DNA from: Casimicrobiaceae bacterium
Lineage (GTDB): Bacteria > Pseudomonadota > Gammaproteobacteria > Burkholderiales > Casimicrobiaceae
Length of the DNA: 59,313 nt
Reading direction: 5' to 3'
Assembly: GCA_035717085.1 (NCBI GenBank)
Contig: DASTIY010000177.1
Location: forward strand, 1-59,313
The first letter of the stretch is position 1. Every line of letters starts with the position of its first letter. The notes beneath the pieces are model-generated. The model saw only the letters and a program-made list of their open reading frames with translations. It was not told the DNA's origin and did not search any database. Positions 7,508 through 17,653 of this stretch are shown piece after piece. Both the position numbers and the translations under genes were made by a program.

Positions 7508-10500
7508 ATGCTTCGCCTTGCCCACGGACTCGCCTTCAGCGACCTCTACTCGGTCGAAGGCGCCGCCCGTATCGACCGGCACTTCGTTGCGCGCCTCGCT
7601 CAGGCCGACGCGGCGTTGGCGGCGCGGCTCGCCGCCGCGCGCTCCGAACCCACCACGCTCGGCGCCAAGGACGAATCGCAGCTCCTGATCGAGATCGCGC
7701 CGCATCTCGAGGACTTCCTCGCCGATCTCTTCGGCATCGGTGTAGCCGTGCAGGCGCTCGAAGCGCAGCACCACGAGCTCGCACCGCTCTTCGCCGTCAA
7801 GCGTCAGTTCGTCCAGCGCAGGGCGATGAACGCGTACAAGGCGGACGTCGCGGCCACGTTCGACGCGGCCGCGCTGCGCGCGGAACTCGACGCGTTGCTG
7901 GGTCGGCACGACGGCGTGCAGGCGTACGAGCTCGCGTTCGCGCAGGCGGTGACGCGCTGGCAGCAGGACGAGACCGCGAACGCGCACGCGCTCGACGTCG
8001 CGCAACGGTACGCCGCGTGGGCCGCGCACACGCACGAAGGCAAGATGGCGCATCGCGGCGGCGTGCTGTTCCGCGCGCCGCGCAAGCTCGACATGATGCG
8101 GCTCGTGCCGGTCGAGACGACCACGCAGAACGGCATCGAGAGCCTGCAGCGTCCCGAGCACGAAGGCCTTCGCCGCCGCGAAGGCTTCAAGTTGACCGAT
8201 GCCGGCACCGACCTCGTCGGCGGACTCGACCAGGCGCACTACTGCATCTGGTGCCACGAACAAGGCAAGGATTCGTGCGCGAAGGGGTTGCTGGAGAAGC
8301 GCCCTCACGCCAGCCCTCTCCCGCCAGCGAGAGAGGGAGTCGCCGCGCCGCGGCCCGAGGATCCGTACAAGAAATCGGCATTCGGCGTGACGCTCGCGGG
8401 CTGTCCGCTCGAGGAGCGAATCTCCGAATTCCACAAGCTGCGTGCGGAAGGCTGGCCGATCGGTGCGCTCGCGATGATCTGCGTCGACAACCCGATGGCG
8501 GCCGCCACCGGTCATCGGATCTGCAACGACTGCATGAAGGCCTGCATCTACCAGAAGCAGGATCCGGTCGACATTCCGCAATCCGAAACGCGCGTGCTGA
8601 AGGACGTTCTCGCGCTGCCGTACGGCTTCGAGATCTATTCGCTGCTCACGCGCTGGAACCCGCTCGACCTGCGCCGGCCCGTTCCGAAGGCTCCTACGGG
8701 AAGGCGCGTGCTGATCGTCGGGCAGGGACCGGCCGGCTTCACGCTCGCGCACCATCTGCTGAACGAAGGGCATACCGTCGTCGCGATCGACGGCCTCAAG
8801 ATCGAGCCGCTCGAGCCGACGCTTTCGGGCGTGACGGCGCTAGGCGAGCGCGTGCCGTTCGCACCGATCGAGCATTTCGCAGCACTCGCCGAGCCGCTCG
8901 ACGCGCGCGTCATGGCGGGCTTCGGCGGCGTCGCCGAGTACGGCATCACGGTGCGCTGGGACAAGAACTTCCTGAAGGTCGTGCGTCTTCTGCTCGAGCG
9001 GCGCGCGAGCTACGCACTGTACGGCGGCGTGCGCTTCGGTGGCACGATCGACGTCGACGACGCGTTCGCCATGGGCTTCGATCACATCGCGCTGGCCGCC
9101 GGCGCGGGGCGCCCGACGGTGCTCGAATTGCCGAACGGCCTCGCGCACGGTGTGCGCACCGCATCGGATTTCCTGATGGCGCTGCAGCTCACCGGCGCGG
9201 CGAAGAACGATTCGATCGCGAACATGCAGGTGCGCCTGCCCGTCGTGGTGATCGGCGGGGGGCTGACGGCGATCGACACGGCGACCGAGGCGCTTGCGTA
9301 TTACCCGGTGCAGGTCGAGAAGTTCCTCGCCCGCTACGAAACGCTCGTCAAGGCGAGCGGCCGCAGCGCGGTCGAAGCGGCGTGGAGCTCGCACGAGTTC
9401 GCGATCGCGCAGGAATTCCTGTCGCATGGGCGAGCGCTGCGCGCCGAACGGGAAGCCGCGGCGCGCGAACGTCGTGAAGCGCGCATCGCCGAGTTGTTGC
9501 GATCGTGGGGCGGCGCGACGATCGCGTATCGCAAGCGTCTCGTCGACAGTCCGTCGTACACCCTCAATCACGAGGAAGTCGAGAAGGCGTTCGAGGAAGG
9601 CATCCGCTTCGCGGAAGGCTTGACGCCGCTGGCGATCGACGTCGACGACGCAGGTCACGCAAAGGCGTTGACGGTGTCGGTGCGTGCGCGCGGCGACGAC
9701 GGCCAGTGGTTGGAGGTGCGCCGCGAGTCGATGCCGGCACGCACGATCCTCGTCGCGGCGGGAACGCAGCCGAATACCGTGCTCGCGCGCGAGGATGCGT
9801 CGCATTTCAAGCTCGACGGCCGCTACTTCGAGCTGCACGACGAGGACGGAACGATCGAGAAGCCGATCCGCGGGCTCGCCAAGCCGGCGAAGCCGGCGGT
9901 GCTCACGCATCTTCGCGATGACGGCCGCGCGATCAGCTTCTTCGGCGACCTGCATCCGTCGTTCCACGGCAACGTCGTCAAGGCAATGGCGAGCGCGAAG
10001 CAGGGCTATCCGATCGTTTCGCGGATGCTCGCGCGCGTGCAGCGGCCGGCGCAGGGCACGCAAGCGGAATTCATCGCGATGCTCGACGCGACGTTCCGTG
10101 CGCGCGTCGAGCGCGTCGTGCGCCTGACGCCGACGATCGTCGAAGTCGTCGTGCACGCGCCGGCTGCCGCGCGACGCTTTCGTCCGGGCCAGTTCTACCG
10201 GCTGCAGAATTTCGAATCGCTCGCGCCGCGCCCGCACGGCACGCGGCTCGCGATGGAAGGCCTCGCGCTCACCGGCGCCTGGGTCGATCGCGAGCGCGGC
10301 CTCGTGTCGGTGATCGTGCTCGAGATGGGCGGCTCGTCCGATCTTTGCGTGACGCTGAAGCCCGGGGAGCCGATCGTGCTGATGGGCCCGACCGGTGCGC
10401 CGACCGAAATCGAGCACGACAAGACGGTCGTGCTGGTCGGCGGCGGGCTCGGCAACGCGGTGCTGTTCTCGATCGGGCGCGCGTACCGCGACGCGGGGTC

Positions 10501-11059
10501 GAAGGTGCTGTATTTCGCCGGTTACCGGCGCATGGAAGATCGCTACAAGGTCGAGGACATCGAGGCCGCCGCCGACGTCGTCGTCTGGTGTTGCGACGAG
10601 GGGCCGGGCTTCGACGCGACGCGCGGGCAGGATCGCGCGTACGTCGGGAACATCGTCGATGCCATGCGCGCCTACGCATCCGGTGAACTCGGGCATCCGG
10701 CGATTCCGCTCACGGAAGCCGACCGCATCATCGCGATCGGCTCGGACAAGATGATGGCCGCCGTCGCCGGTGCGCGCCATACGGTGCTCGCGCCGTACCT
10801 GTCACGCGATCACCGGGCGATCGGGTCGATCAACTCGCCGATGCAATGCATGATGAAGGAGATCTGCGCGCAGTGCCTGCAGCCGCAGCGCGACCCGGCC
10901 ACCGGCGAGACGCGCTACGTGTTCTCCTGCTTCAACCAGGACCAGCCGCTCGACGAGGTCGACTTTCCCGCACTCGACGCTCGGCTGCGCCAGAACGCCG
11001 TCCAGGAGAAGCTCACCGCGCGCTGGGTCGAGCGCGTGAGCGAAGGCGCCGGCGACTGA
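7508..11059 (+). CDS. Fused GltD/NfnB-like plus PyrK/NfnA-like FAD/Fe-S oxidoreductase
   Basis: CIWC..C..GCP and ICNDCMKAC Fe-S motifs; Rossmann motifs GQGPAG and IGGGLTAID; C-terminal FRPGQF, MGPTG, VGGGLG and MQCMMKEICAQC..C [2Fe-2S]-type motif. Confidence 0.8.
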   Translation: MLRLAHGLAFSDLYSVEGAARIDRHFVARLAQADAALAARLAAARSEPTTLGAKDESQLLIEIAPHLEDFLADLFGIGVAVQALEAQHHELAPLFAVKRQFVQRRAMNAYKADVAATFDAAALRAELDALLGRHDGVQAYELAFAQAVTRWQQDETANAHALDVAQRYAAWAAHTHEGKMAHRGGVLFRAPRKLDMMRLVPVETTTQNGIESLQRPEHEGLRRREGFKLTDAGTDLVGGLDQAHYCIWCHEQGKDSCAKGLLEKRPHASPLPPAREGVAAPRPEDPYKKSAFGVTLAGCPLEERISEFHKLRAEGWPIGALAMICVDNPMAAATGHRICNDCMKACIYQKQDPVDIPQSETRVLKDVLALPYGFEIYSLLTRWNPLDLRRPVPKAPTGRRVLIVGQGPAGFTLAHHLLNEGHTVVAIDGLKIEPLEPTLSGVTALGERVPFAPIEHFAALAEPLDARVMAGFGGVAEYGITVRWDKNFLKVVRLLLERRASYALYGGVRFGGTIDVDDAFAMGFDHIALAAGAGRPTVLELPNGLAHGVRTASDFLMALQLTGAAKNDSIANMQVRLPVVVIGGGLTAIDTATEALAYYPVQVEKFLARYETLVKASGRSAVEAAWSSHEFAIAQEFLSHGRALRAEREAAARERREARIAELLRSWGGATIAYRKRLVDSPSYTLNHEEVEKAFEEGIRFAEGLTPLAIDVDDAGHAKALTVSVRARGDDGQWLEVRRESMPARTILVAAGTQPNTVLAREDASHFKLDGRYFELHDEDGTIEKPIRGLAKPAKPAVLTHLRDDGRAISFFGDLHPSFHGNVVKAMASAKQGYPIVSRMLARVQRPAQGTQAEFIAMLDATFRARVERVVRLTPTIVEVVVHAPAAARRFRPGQFYRLQNFESLAPRPHGTRLAMEGLALTGAWVDRERGLVSVIVLEMGGSSDLCVTLKPGEPIVLMGPTGAPTEIEHDKTVVLVGGGLGNAVLFSIGRAYRDAGSKVLYFAGYRRMEDRYKVEDIEAAADVVVWCCDEGPGFDATRGQDRAYVGNIVDAMRAYASGELGHPAIPLTEADRIIAIGSDKMMAAVAGARHTVLAPYLSRDHRAIGSINSPMQCMMKEICAQCLQPQRDPATGETRYVFSCFNQDQPLDEVDFPALDARLRQNAVQEKLTARWVERVSEGAGD
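8302..8339 (+). repeat. Palindromic REP-like element CCCTCACGCCAGCCCTCTCCCGCCAGCGAGAGAGGGAG inside the CDS
   Basis: Hairpin CCCTCTC-C-CGC-CA-GCG-A-GAGAGGG; related copy at 23198-23233. Confidence 0.7.
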
Positions 11060-11157
11060 TCGACTCGTCGTCTCTTGAAGACACAAACCCGCTTCCAGGA
11101 ACGCTGACGCCTCGATTTCTGCGGTAGCATCGCCGCCTTCGCAGTTCCGAGGCCGGC

Positions 11158-13776
11158 ATGTCGTTCATCCGTCACGTCGCGGCGATCGCCGCGCTGCTCG
11201 CGGCGCTCACCGTCTCGCACGCGAACGCTGCGGATGATCCGCCACCCTCGCTGCATCTGCCCGACGGGGTGCGCCCCGAGCGCTATGCGGTGACGCTGTC
11301 GGTCGTCCCCGGCGAGGCCAAGGTGCAGGGACGCATCGTCATCGACGTGACCGTCCATGCGCCGCAGCCGCTGATCTGGCTGCATGCGGACCGCATCACG
11401 ATCGGCGCCGTCGATGTCGACGGCGACGTTTCGCGCGCGACGCTCCGCACGGCGCATCCGCAGGTCGTCGGGCTCGCGTTCGATCCGCCGCTCGAGGCGG
11501 GCGCGCATCGGGTTACGCTCGACTACGAGGCGAGCCAGGATCTCAAATCGACGCGCGGCATCTTTGCCGTCCACGACGCGGCCGGCTGGTACGCGATGAC
11601 GCAGTTCGAGGCGCTTTCGGCGCGCCGCGCGTTTCCGTGCTTCGACGAGCCGCGCTTCAAGGTTCCGTGGCAGCTGACGCTGCGCGTGCCACGCGATCTC
11701 GTCGCGGTCTCCAATGCGCCCGTGGCGACCGAACGCGTCATGGCAAATGGCATGAAGGAGGTCGCGTTCGCGCCGACGAAGCCGCTGCCGTCGTATCTCG
11801 TTGCGTTCGCGGTCGGTCCGTTCGACGTGCTCGACGCGGGGCGAGTCGGCGAAACGCCGATCCGCATCATCGCGCCACGCGGGCACACGGCCGACCTCGC
11901 CTTCGCGCGCCGGGTGCTGCCCGAACTTCTCGCGAAGGAGGCGGCGTGGTTCGGCGTACCGTTCCCGTACGCGAAGCTCGACCACGCGGCGATCCCGCTC
12001 ACCGTGCGCTTCGCGATGGAAAACGCGGGGCTCATCACGTACGGCGCGCCGATCCTGATCGCACCCGGTACCACGCCGGCGCCGTTCCGGCATGGTCTCG
12101 CAAACGTCGGCGCCCACGAGATGGCGCATCAATGGTTCGGCGACCTCGTCACGATGCGCGACTGGGATGACGTGTGGCTGAACGAGGCGTTCGCGAACTG
12201 GTTCGCGCAGAAGATCGTCGACGCATGGGATCCCGCCTACGACCGCGGAAGCGCGCACGTGCGCGAGCGCGCCGATGCGATCGAGGCCGATGCACTCGCC
12301 AACGCGCGCCGCATCCGGCAGCCGATCGCCACGCGGGGCGACGTCTTCAACGCGTTCGACTCGATCACCTACGAGAAAGGTGCGACGGTCATCGGCATGT
12401 TCGAGGGATGGATAGGCAAGGAGCCGTTCCGGCAAGGGATCCGCACGTATCTCGAGCGCCACGCGAACGGCAACGCCACCACGGCCGACTTTCTCGACGC
12501 GCTGCAGGCGAACACCGGTAAGCGCGTGACACCCGCGTTCGCCTCGTTTCTCGATCAGAACGGCGTGCCGCAGGTGAGCGTCGAGCTCGATTGCAAGACG
12601 ACGCCGACGCGACTCGTGCTCACGCAGCGCCGCCATGCAGCGCCTGATGCGCCGGCGAGTGCACAGCGCTGGCAGATTCCCGTGTGCGCGCGCTACGGCA
12701 ATGCAAAGGCGACGAGCGAAGCGTGCACGCTGCTGTCGGGGCCGACTTCGACGCTTTCGCTGGGCGCGGCGTGCCCGACGTTCGTCATGGCGAATGCAGG
12801 CGGCCGCGGTTATTACGTTCCCCAATATCGCGGCAAGCTCCTCGCGCGCCTCCTCGCCAAGCCCGTGGCAATGACGCCGGCGGAGGCGGCGAGCGTCGTC
12901 TACGACCTGCGACCGCTGCTTCGCGCCGGTGCAATCGACGCCACGCAAGTGCTCGATGGCATCCGCGTCGGCGCGCGCTCGCGCGAGCGCAGCGTCGTGA
13001 CGGCTTCGCTCGCCGTCGCGAATTTCGTGCGCGACGCGCTGGTCGGCACGCGCGAGATAGACGCATTTGCCGCGTTCGTGCGCCAGACGTTCGCGCCGCG
13101 CGCACGCGCGCTCGGCTTCGTGCCCAGGCCTGGCGAAAGCGACGACGATCGACTGCTGCGGCGCGCGCTGCTGAGCTTCGCCGCACCCTACGATCCGCCG
13201 CTCGCGATGAAGGCACGCCGGCTTGCCCGCGCGTGGCTGCGCGACCGCCACGCCGTCGATCCGGACGTCGTCGACGCGGTACTGCTCACGGCGGCGCGCA
13301 CCGGCGATGCCACGCTCTTCGACGCGATGGCGCAGGAAGCGTTGGCGACCGACGGCGCACTGGACCGGCGCAACCTGCTGATCGCGCTGATGTCCTTCGG
13401 TGATCCGGCGCTCGCGATGCGAGGTTTGAGCTTCCTGCTCGACCCGCGCGTCGACGTGCGGGAAGCGACGACGGCGTGGAGCCTGGCGATGGACAGGGCA
13501 CCGAGGCGCGTCTCGCACGAATTCGTCGTCGCTCACTTCGACGCGCTCGCCGGTCGCGTCGACCCCGATACGCCGGGTTGGTGGCCGGGCGTGGCGTCCC
13601 GTCTTTGTCGCGACGACGATCGCCGCGACGTCGAGCGGTTCTGGCGCCCGCGACTTGCGCAGTACGCCGGCGCCGAACGGAATCTCGCCGAGGCGCTCGA
13701 ATCGATCGATGGATGCGTCCGATTGCGCGCTCGCGAGCAGCACACGCTTGGCCGCTACCTCGGTTTGCGCGAGTAG
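11158..13776 (+). CDS. Secreted M1 family zinc aminopeptidase with ERAP1-like C-terminus
   Basis: TQFE..ARRAFPCFDEP, FAMEN, HEMAHQWFG..WLNEAFA, YEKG; signal peptide. Confidence 0.92.
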   Translation: MSFIRHVAAIAALLAALTVSHANAADDPPPSLHLPDGVRPERYAVTLSVVPGEAKVQGRIVIDVTVHAPQPLIWLHADRITIGAVDVDGDVSRATLRTAHPQVVGLAFDPPLEAGAHRVTLDYEASQDLKSTRGIFAVHDAAGWYAMTQFEALSARRAFPCFDEPRFKVPWQLTLRVPRDLVAVSNAPVATERVMANGMKEVAFAPTKPLPSYLVAFAVGPFDVLDAGRVGETPIRIIAPRGHTADLAFARRVLPELLAKEAAWFGVPFPYAKLDHAAIPLTVRFAMENAGLITYGAPILIAPGTTPAPFRHGLANVGAHEMAHQWFGDLVTMRDWDDVWLNEAFANWFAQKIVDAWDPAYDRGSAHVRERADAIEADALANARRIRQPIATRGDVFNAFDSITYEKGATVIGMFEGWIGKEPFRQGIRTYLERHANGNATTADFLDALQANTGKRVTPAFASFLDQNGVPQVSVELDCKTTPTRLVLTQRRHAAPDAPASAQRWQIPVCARYGNAKATSEACTLLSGPTSTLSLGAACPTFVMANAGGRGYYVPQYRGKLLARLLAKPVAMTPAEAASVVYDLRPLLRAGAIDATQVLDGIRVGARSRERSVVTASLAVANFVRDALVGTREIDAFAAFVRQTFAPRARALGFVPRPGESDDDRLLRRALLSFAAPYDPPLAMKARRLARAWLRDRHAVDPDVVDAVLLTAARTGDATLFDAMAQEALATDGALDRRNLLIALMSFGDPALAMRGLSFLLDPRVDVREATTAWSLAMDRAPRRVSHEFVVAHFDALAGRVDPDTPGWWPGVASRLCRDDDRRDVERFWRPRLAQYAGAERNLAEALESIDGCVRLRAREQHTLGRYLGLRE

Positions 13777-13812
13777 CGGACAGCCGACTGCACGGTCGGT
13801 GAAGGTGTCGAG

Positions 13813-16224
13813 GTGACGCCCGAATCGGAGACGTACGCGCCCGGCTGGCCGGGCATTCCCGCACGCTGGACGTCGAGCGCGAAGACCGGCCTCGGGACCG
13901 CCGTCGACGGTGACAGTCGCGTGTGGTTCACGCTCAGCCACGGCATCCTGAACGAGGTCTATTACCCGCGCATCGACAGCGCCTGCACGCGCGATCTCGG
14001 ATTGATCGTGACGGACGGGCAGGTGCTCTTTTCGGAGGAGAAGCGCGACACCCGCTCGGAAACCTCCACGATCGAGCCCGGCATTCCGTGCTATCGCATC
14101 CGCAACGTTCACATCGGCGGCCGCTACGAAATCCACAAGGAGGTGCATAGCGATCCTTCGTGCGACGTCGTCCTGCAGCGCGTTCGCTTCGTGCCGTGCG
14201 TGGGCACGCTCGCCGACTACGCGCTCTACGCGCTGCTCGCCCCCCACCTCGCCAATCACGGGGCGGGCAACACCGGGTGGAGCGGCGAATACAAGGGCAT
14301 CCCGATGCTTTTCGCCGAACGCGACGGCTTCGCGCTGGCGCTCGCGTGTTCGGCGCCATGGATCGCGCGGTCGGTCGGCTTCGTCGGCACCTCGGATGGC
14401 TGGCAGCAATTACGCGCCGACAAACGCCTGCTACGCACGTACGAGCGCGCCGAGAATGGCAACGTCGCGCTGACCGGACAAGTCGATCTCGTCGCAGCGC
14501 ACGGCACGTTCGTCCTCGCGCTCGGCTTCGGACCAACCGGCAACGAAGCCGCGCAACACGCCCGGACGAGCCTTCTGAACGATTTCAACGCCAGCCACGT
14601 CGCGTACGTGAACGGCTGGAAGCGATGGCATCAGGGGTTGCAGCGCCGGGCCGCACCGACCTCGCCGCCGCGTCGCTTGCACGACGCGAGTGCCGCCGTG
14701 CTGCGCGTTCACGAATCCAAGCGCATCCAGGGCGGCGTGATCGCGAGCCTGTCGATACCCTGGGGCTTTTCCAAGGGCGACGACGATCTCGGCGGCTACC
14801 ATCTGGTGTGGCCGCGCGACCTGGTCGAGACGGCGGGCGGATTCCTCGCCGTCGGCGCACATCGCGAAGTGCGCCGCATCCTTCGCTATCTGCAGGTCAC
14901 GCAGGAAGCCGACGGTCATTGGGCGCAGAACATGTGGCTCGACGGCACGCCGTACTGGTCCGGCATTCAGATGGACGAAACGGCGCTTCCGATCCTGCTC
15001 GTGGATCTCGCCGGCCGCGAAGGCGCGCTCGACGGCGACGGCGTGCGGCCGTATTGGCCGATGGTCGAGCGTGCTGCAACCTTCATCCTTCGCAACGGAC
15101 CGGTCAGTCCGCAGGATCGATGGGAGGAAGATCCCGGTTATTCGCCGTTCACGGTGGCGACGGAAATCGCGGCGTTGCTGGTGGCGGCCGAACTCGCCGA
15201 GGGTGCGTCGCGGGGATCGGCGGCGGCATTCCTGCGCGAGACGGCCGACGCGTGGAACGCGAGCATCGAGCGGTGGCTTTACGTCGAGGACACCGAGCTC
15301 GCGCGCCGGTACGACGTGAAGGGGTACTACGTTCGCGTCTCCGAGCCCGATCAGGCGGACGCCGCCTCGCCTTGTCGGGGTTTCGTGCCGATCAAGAATC
15401 GGCCGCCCGATCAGTCGATGGCGCCGGCGGCCACGATCGTCAGCGTCGACGCGCTTGCGCTCGTTCGCTTCGGGCTGCGCAGGGCCGACGATCCGCGCAT
15501 CCTCGACACCGTCAAGCTGATCGACGCGCTGCTCAAGGTCGACACGCCGAGGGGACCGGCGTGGCGTCGATACCAGGGGGATGGCTATGGCGAACATGCC
15601 GATGGCAGGCCATTCGACGGCGTCGGCATCGGTCGCGCATGGCCGCTTCTCACCGGCGAGCGCGCACATTTCGAACTCGCTGCAGGTCGCACGCACGACG
15701 CCGGGCGGCTCGCGTCCGCGATGGAAGCGTTCGCAGGTGCGAGCGGGTTGATTCCCGAACAGGTCTGGGACGCGCCGGACGTGCCCGAACATGAGTTGTA
15801 TTTCGGGCATGCGTCGGGGTCGGCGAGCCCGCTCGCGTGGGCGCACGCCGAGTACCTGAAGCTTTGTCGATCGCTGCGGGACGGCGCGATCTTCGATCGC
15901 CCGGCGCAGACGGTCGCGCGCTACCTGGTCGAGCACGCGTCGTCGACGCGCGCCATTTGGAGCTCGAACAACAAGGTCAGGACGATGCCGTGCGGTTCGA
16001 CCCTGCGTGTGCAGACCTTCGCTCCTGCGCGTGTGCACTGGGGCATCGATGGCTGGCAATCGGTGCGCGATTGCGACACCCGCGACACCACGCTCGGCGT
16101 GTACGTGGCCGACCTGCCGACCGACGCACTTGTTGCCGGCAGTCGCGTTGATTTCACCTTCTACTGGCGCGACGAGCAGCGCTGGGACGGCACGGACTTC
16201 TGCGTCCATGTGACGAGCGCATGA
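13813..16224 (+). CDS. GH15 glucan 1,4-alpha-glucosidase (glucoamylase/glucodextranase type), probable C-terminal starch-binding module
   Basis: WTSSAKTG..GILNEVYYP, YHLVWPRD, QDRWEE, RYQGDGYG, PLAWAHAEY. Confidence 0.9.
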   Translation: MTPESETYAPGWPGIPARWTSSAKTGLGTAVDGDSRVWFTLSHGILNEVYYPRIDSACTRDLGLIVTDGQVLFSEEKRDTRSETSTIEPGIPCYRIRNVHIGGRYEIHKEVHSDPSCDVVLQRVRFVPCVGTLADYALYALLAPHLANHGAGNTGWSGEYKGIPMLFAERDGFALALACSAPWIARSVGFVGTSDGWQQLRADKRLLRTYERAENGNVALTGQVDLVAAHGTFVLALGFGPTGNEAAQHARTSLLNDFNASHVAYVNGWKRWHQGLQRRAAPTSPPRRLHDASAAVLRVHESKRIQGGVIASLSIPWGFSKGDDDLGGYHLVWPRDLVETAGGFLAVGAHREVRRILRYLQVTQEADGHWAQNMWLDGTPYWSGIQMDETALPILLVDLAGREGALDGDGVRPYWPMVERAATFILRNGPVSPQDRWEEDPGYSPFTVATEIAALLVAAELAEGASRGSAAAFLRETADAWNASIERWLYVEDTELARRYDVKGYYVRVSEPDQADAASPCRGFVPIKNRPPDQSMAPAATIVSVDALALVRFGLRRADDPRILDTVKLIDALLKVDTPRGPAWRRYQGDGYGEHADGRPFDGVGIGRAWPLLTGERAHFELAAGRTHDAGRLASAMEAFAGASGLIPEQVWDAPDVPEHELYFGHASGSASPLAWAHAEYLKLCRSLRDGAIFDRPAQTVARYLVEHASSTRAIWSSNNKVRTMPCGSTLRVQTFAPARVHWGIDGWQSVRDCDTRDTTLGVYVADLPTDALVAGSRVDFTFYWRDEQRWDGTDFCVHVTSA

Positions 16225-16279
16225 CGCGGCGACGCGGCGCGTGCACGCAACGGCGTGCGCGCCGCGTCGCCTGAAGTGC

Positions 16280-17149
16280 TCAGTGATGCATCGCGTGCTG
16301 CGCGACCTGCGACTTGAAGAACAGGAAGAAGTTCGAGCCCACTTCGACGGCGCGCCCGGCTTCTTCCGCGGCGTCCATCGCGGTCGACGACGTGATGCCG
16401 CTGCTGCCGTCGGCGGCCGGCCAGTCGTTCTGATCGAAGATCAGCACGGGCCGCACCTCCCACCAGATCGCGCCGGTATTCGTGCGCGAGTTGTCGACGA
16501 CGTGGCTGTGGTTCGGTGTCGGCACGAGTGTCGGCGCCGTCGGTTGCACCGGCGGCATGTGCATCGCGGCGAGCAGCACCGAAAGATCGACGGTCGACGA
16601 GTGCATCGTGCACGTGCCGGGGATCGGATTGTTCGGATCCGGGCATTGCGTACTGACGGCCGGCGTGCGCTTCCACGCTTCGGGAACGAAGCCGAAGAGG
16701 CCGATCAGCGCGTTGCCGAGATCGACGCCGCAGAGCTCGCCTGCGCGGGGCGTTCCGGGACACTCCATCGCGTCGGCCGGATTCGTGTCGTTGCCGAACA
16801 TCGGCACCAGCACGTACAGGTGCGCGGTGTGCCGAATGTCGGTGCCCGATGGATCCGCCGACGGCTCGGTGATGACCTGGCAGATCGGAAGCTGCATCTC
16901 GTTCGGGTCGGACTGCGCCGGGATCTTGTTGAAATCGAGGTCCATCTGCGGCTCGTCGACGCAATCGAAATTCTGCAGATAAGTGAAGGTGACGATGCGG
17001 TCGTTGCCGAAGCCCTGCGTTTGATTCGGCGCGAGTTGAGCGCTCGCCATCGAAGTGGCAAAGGCGAGGCAGGCACCGAGCGCGACGGGCAGGGCACGAC
17101 GGGCGAGGCGAATGACGAGCGGAGGCGGGGCGAGCGAACGCATGCGCAT
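16280..17149 (-). CDS. Secreted Cys/His-rich hypothetical protein
   Basis: AAGGAG RBS; signal peptide ending ASA; natural composition, six Cys in the mature part. Confidence 0.8.
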   Translation of the reverse strand: MRMRSLAPPPLVIRLARRALPVALGACLAFATSMASAQLAPNQTQGFGNDRIVTFTYLQNFDCVDEPQMDLDFNKIPAQSDPNEMQLPICQVITEPSADPSGTDIRHTAHLYVLVPMFGNDTNPADAMECPGTPRAGELCGVDLGNALIGLFGFVPEAWKRTPAVSTQCPDPNNPIPGTCTMHSSTVDLSVLLAAMHMPPVQPTAPTLVPTPNHSHVVDNSRTNTGAIWWEVRPVLIFDQNDWPAADGSSGITSSTAMDAAEEAGRAVEVGSNFFLFFKSQVAQHAMHH

Positions 17150-17379
17150 GGTGGCTCCTTGGACAAAGGGATGCGGATTCGGCACGGCACGAAGTGCCGC
17201 CCTATCCCCATACGCAAGACGCGAACAGGCGGATGCACGCGGAATTCCGTACGTGCGACCGAATGCGACGAACCGACGTCGCGAAGCACCATGTTGGCGC
17301 GCCGGCGGTGCGCGCGTCTTATGATGGCGACGTGCCGCAGTCCGCGGTACGTCGAGTTCCGTCAAGGAGTGAACCGCCG

Positions 17380-17535
17380 ATGAGCCTCTCGCTTTCCTTC
17401 GCACCGCTCGTGTCGCTGATCGCGGGCATCCTGATCCTGATCGTGCCGCGCCTTCTCAACTACATCGTCGCGATCTACCTGATCCTGATCGGCATCATCG
17501 GCATTTTCGGCGTCGGCAACCCGCGCATCGTTTGA
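17380..17535 (+). CDS. DUF3096-like small membrane protein (51 aa)
   Basis: AAGGAG RBS; PLVSLIAGILILIVPRLLNYIVAIYLILIG. Confidence 0.85.
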   Translation: MSLSLSFAPLVSLIAGILILIVPRLLNYIVAIYLILIGIIGIFGVGNPRIV

Positions 17536-17653
17536 GCGCAGGCGCGCCGATCGCGCCGGGAGGCGGATCGGCGTCGGTTGGTGAGGTGCACGACGGCGCG
17601 AGGCCCCGGCGCGAGATCCCTCGCTGTCGTGGTCGCACCGCGCGGCGCCGTCG

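Noticed and set aside
7508-11059. Calling this gene gltD or pyrK
   Set aside because: More than twice GltD length, no gltB or pyrD neighbour, and two modules are fused
10915-14409. 1164-aa minus-strand ORF and similar long ORFs (47008-49857, 33547-36141, 42335-44689, 53-1717)
   Set aside because: Antisense or off-frame shadows of real genes in high-GC DNA; Arg-rich with no recognisable motifs
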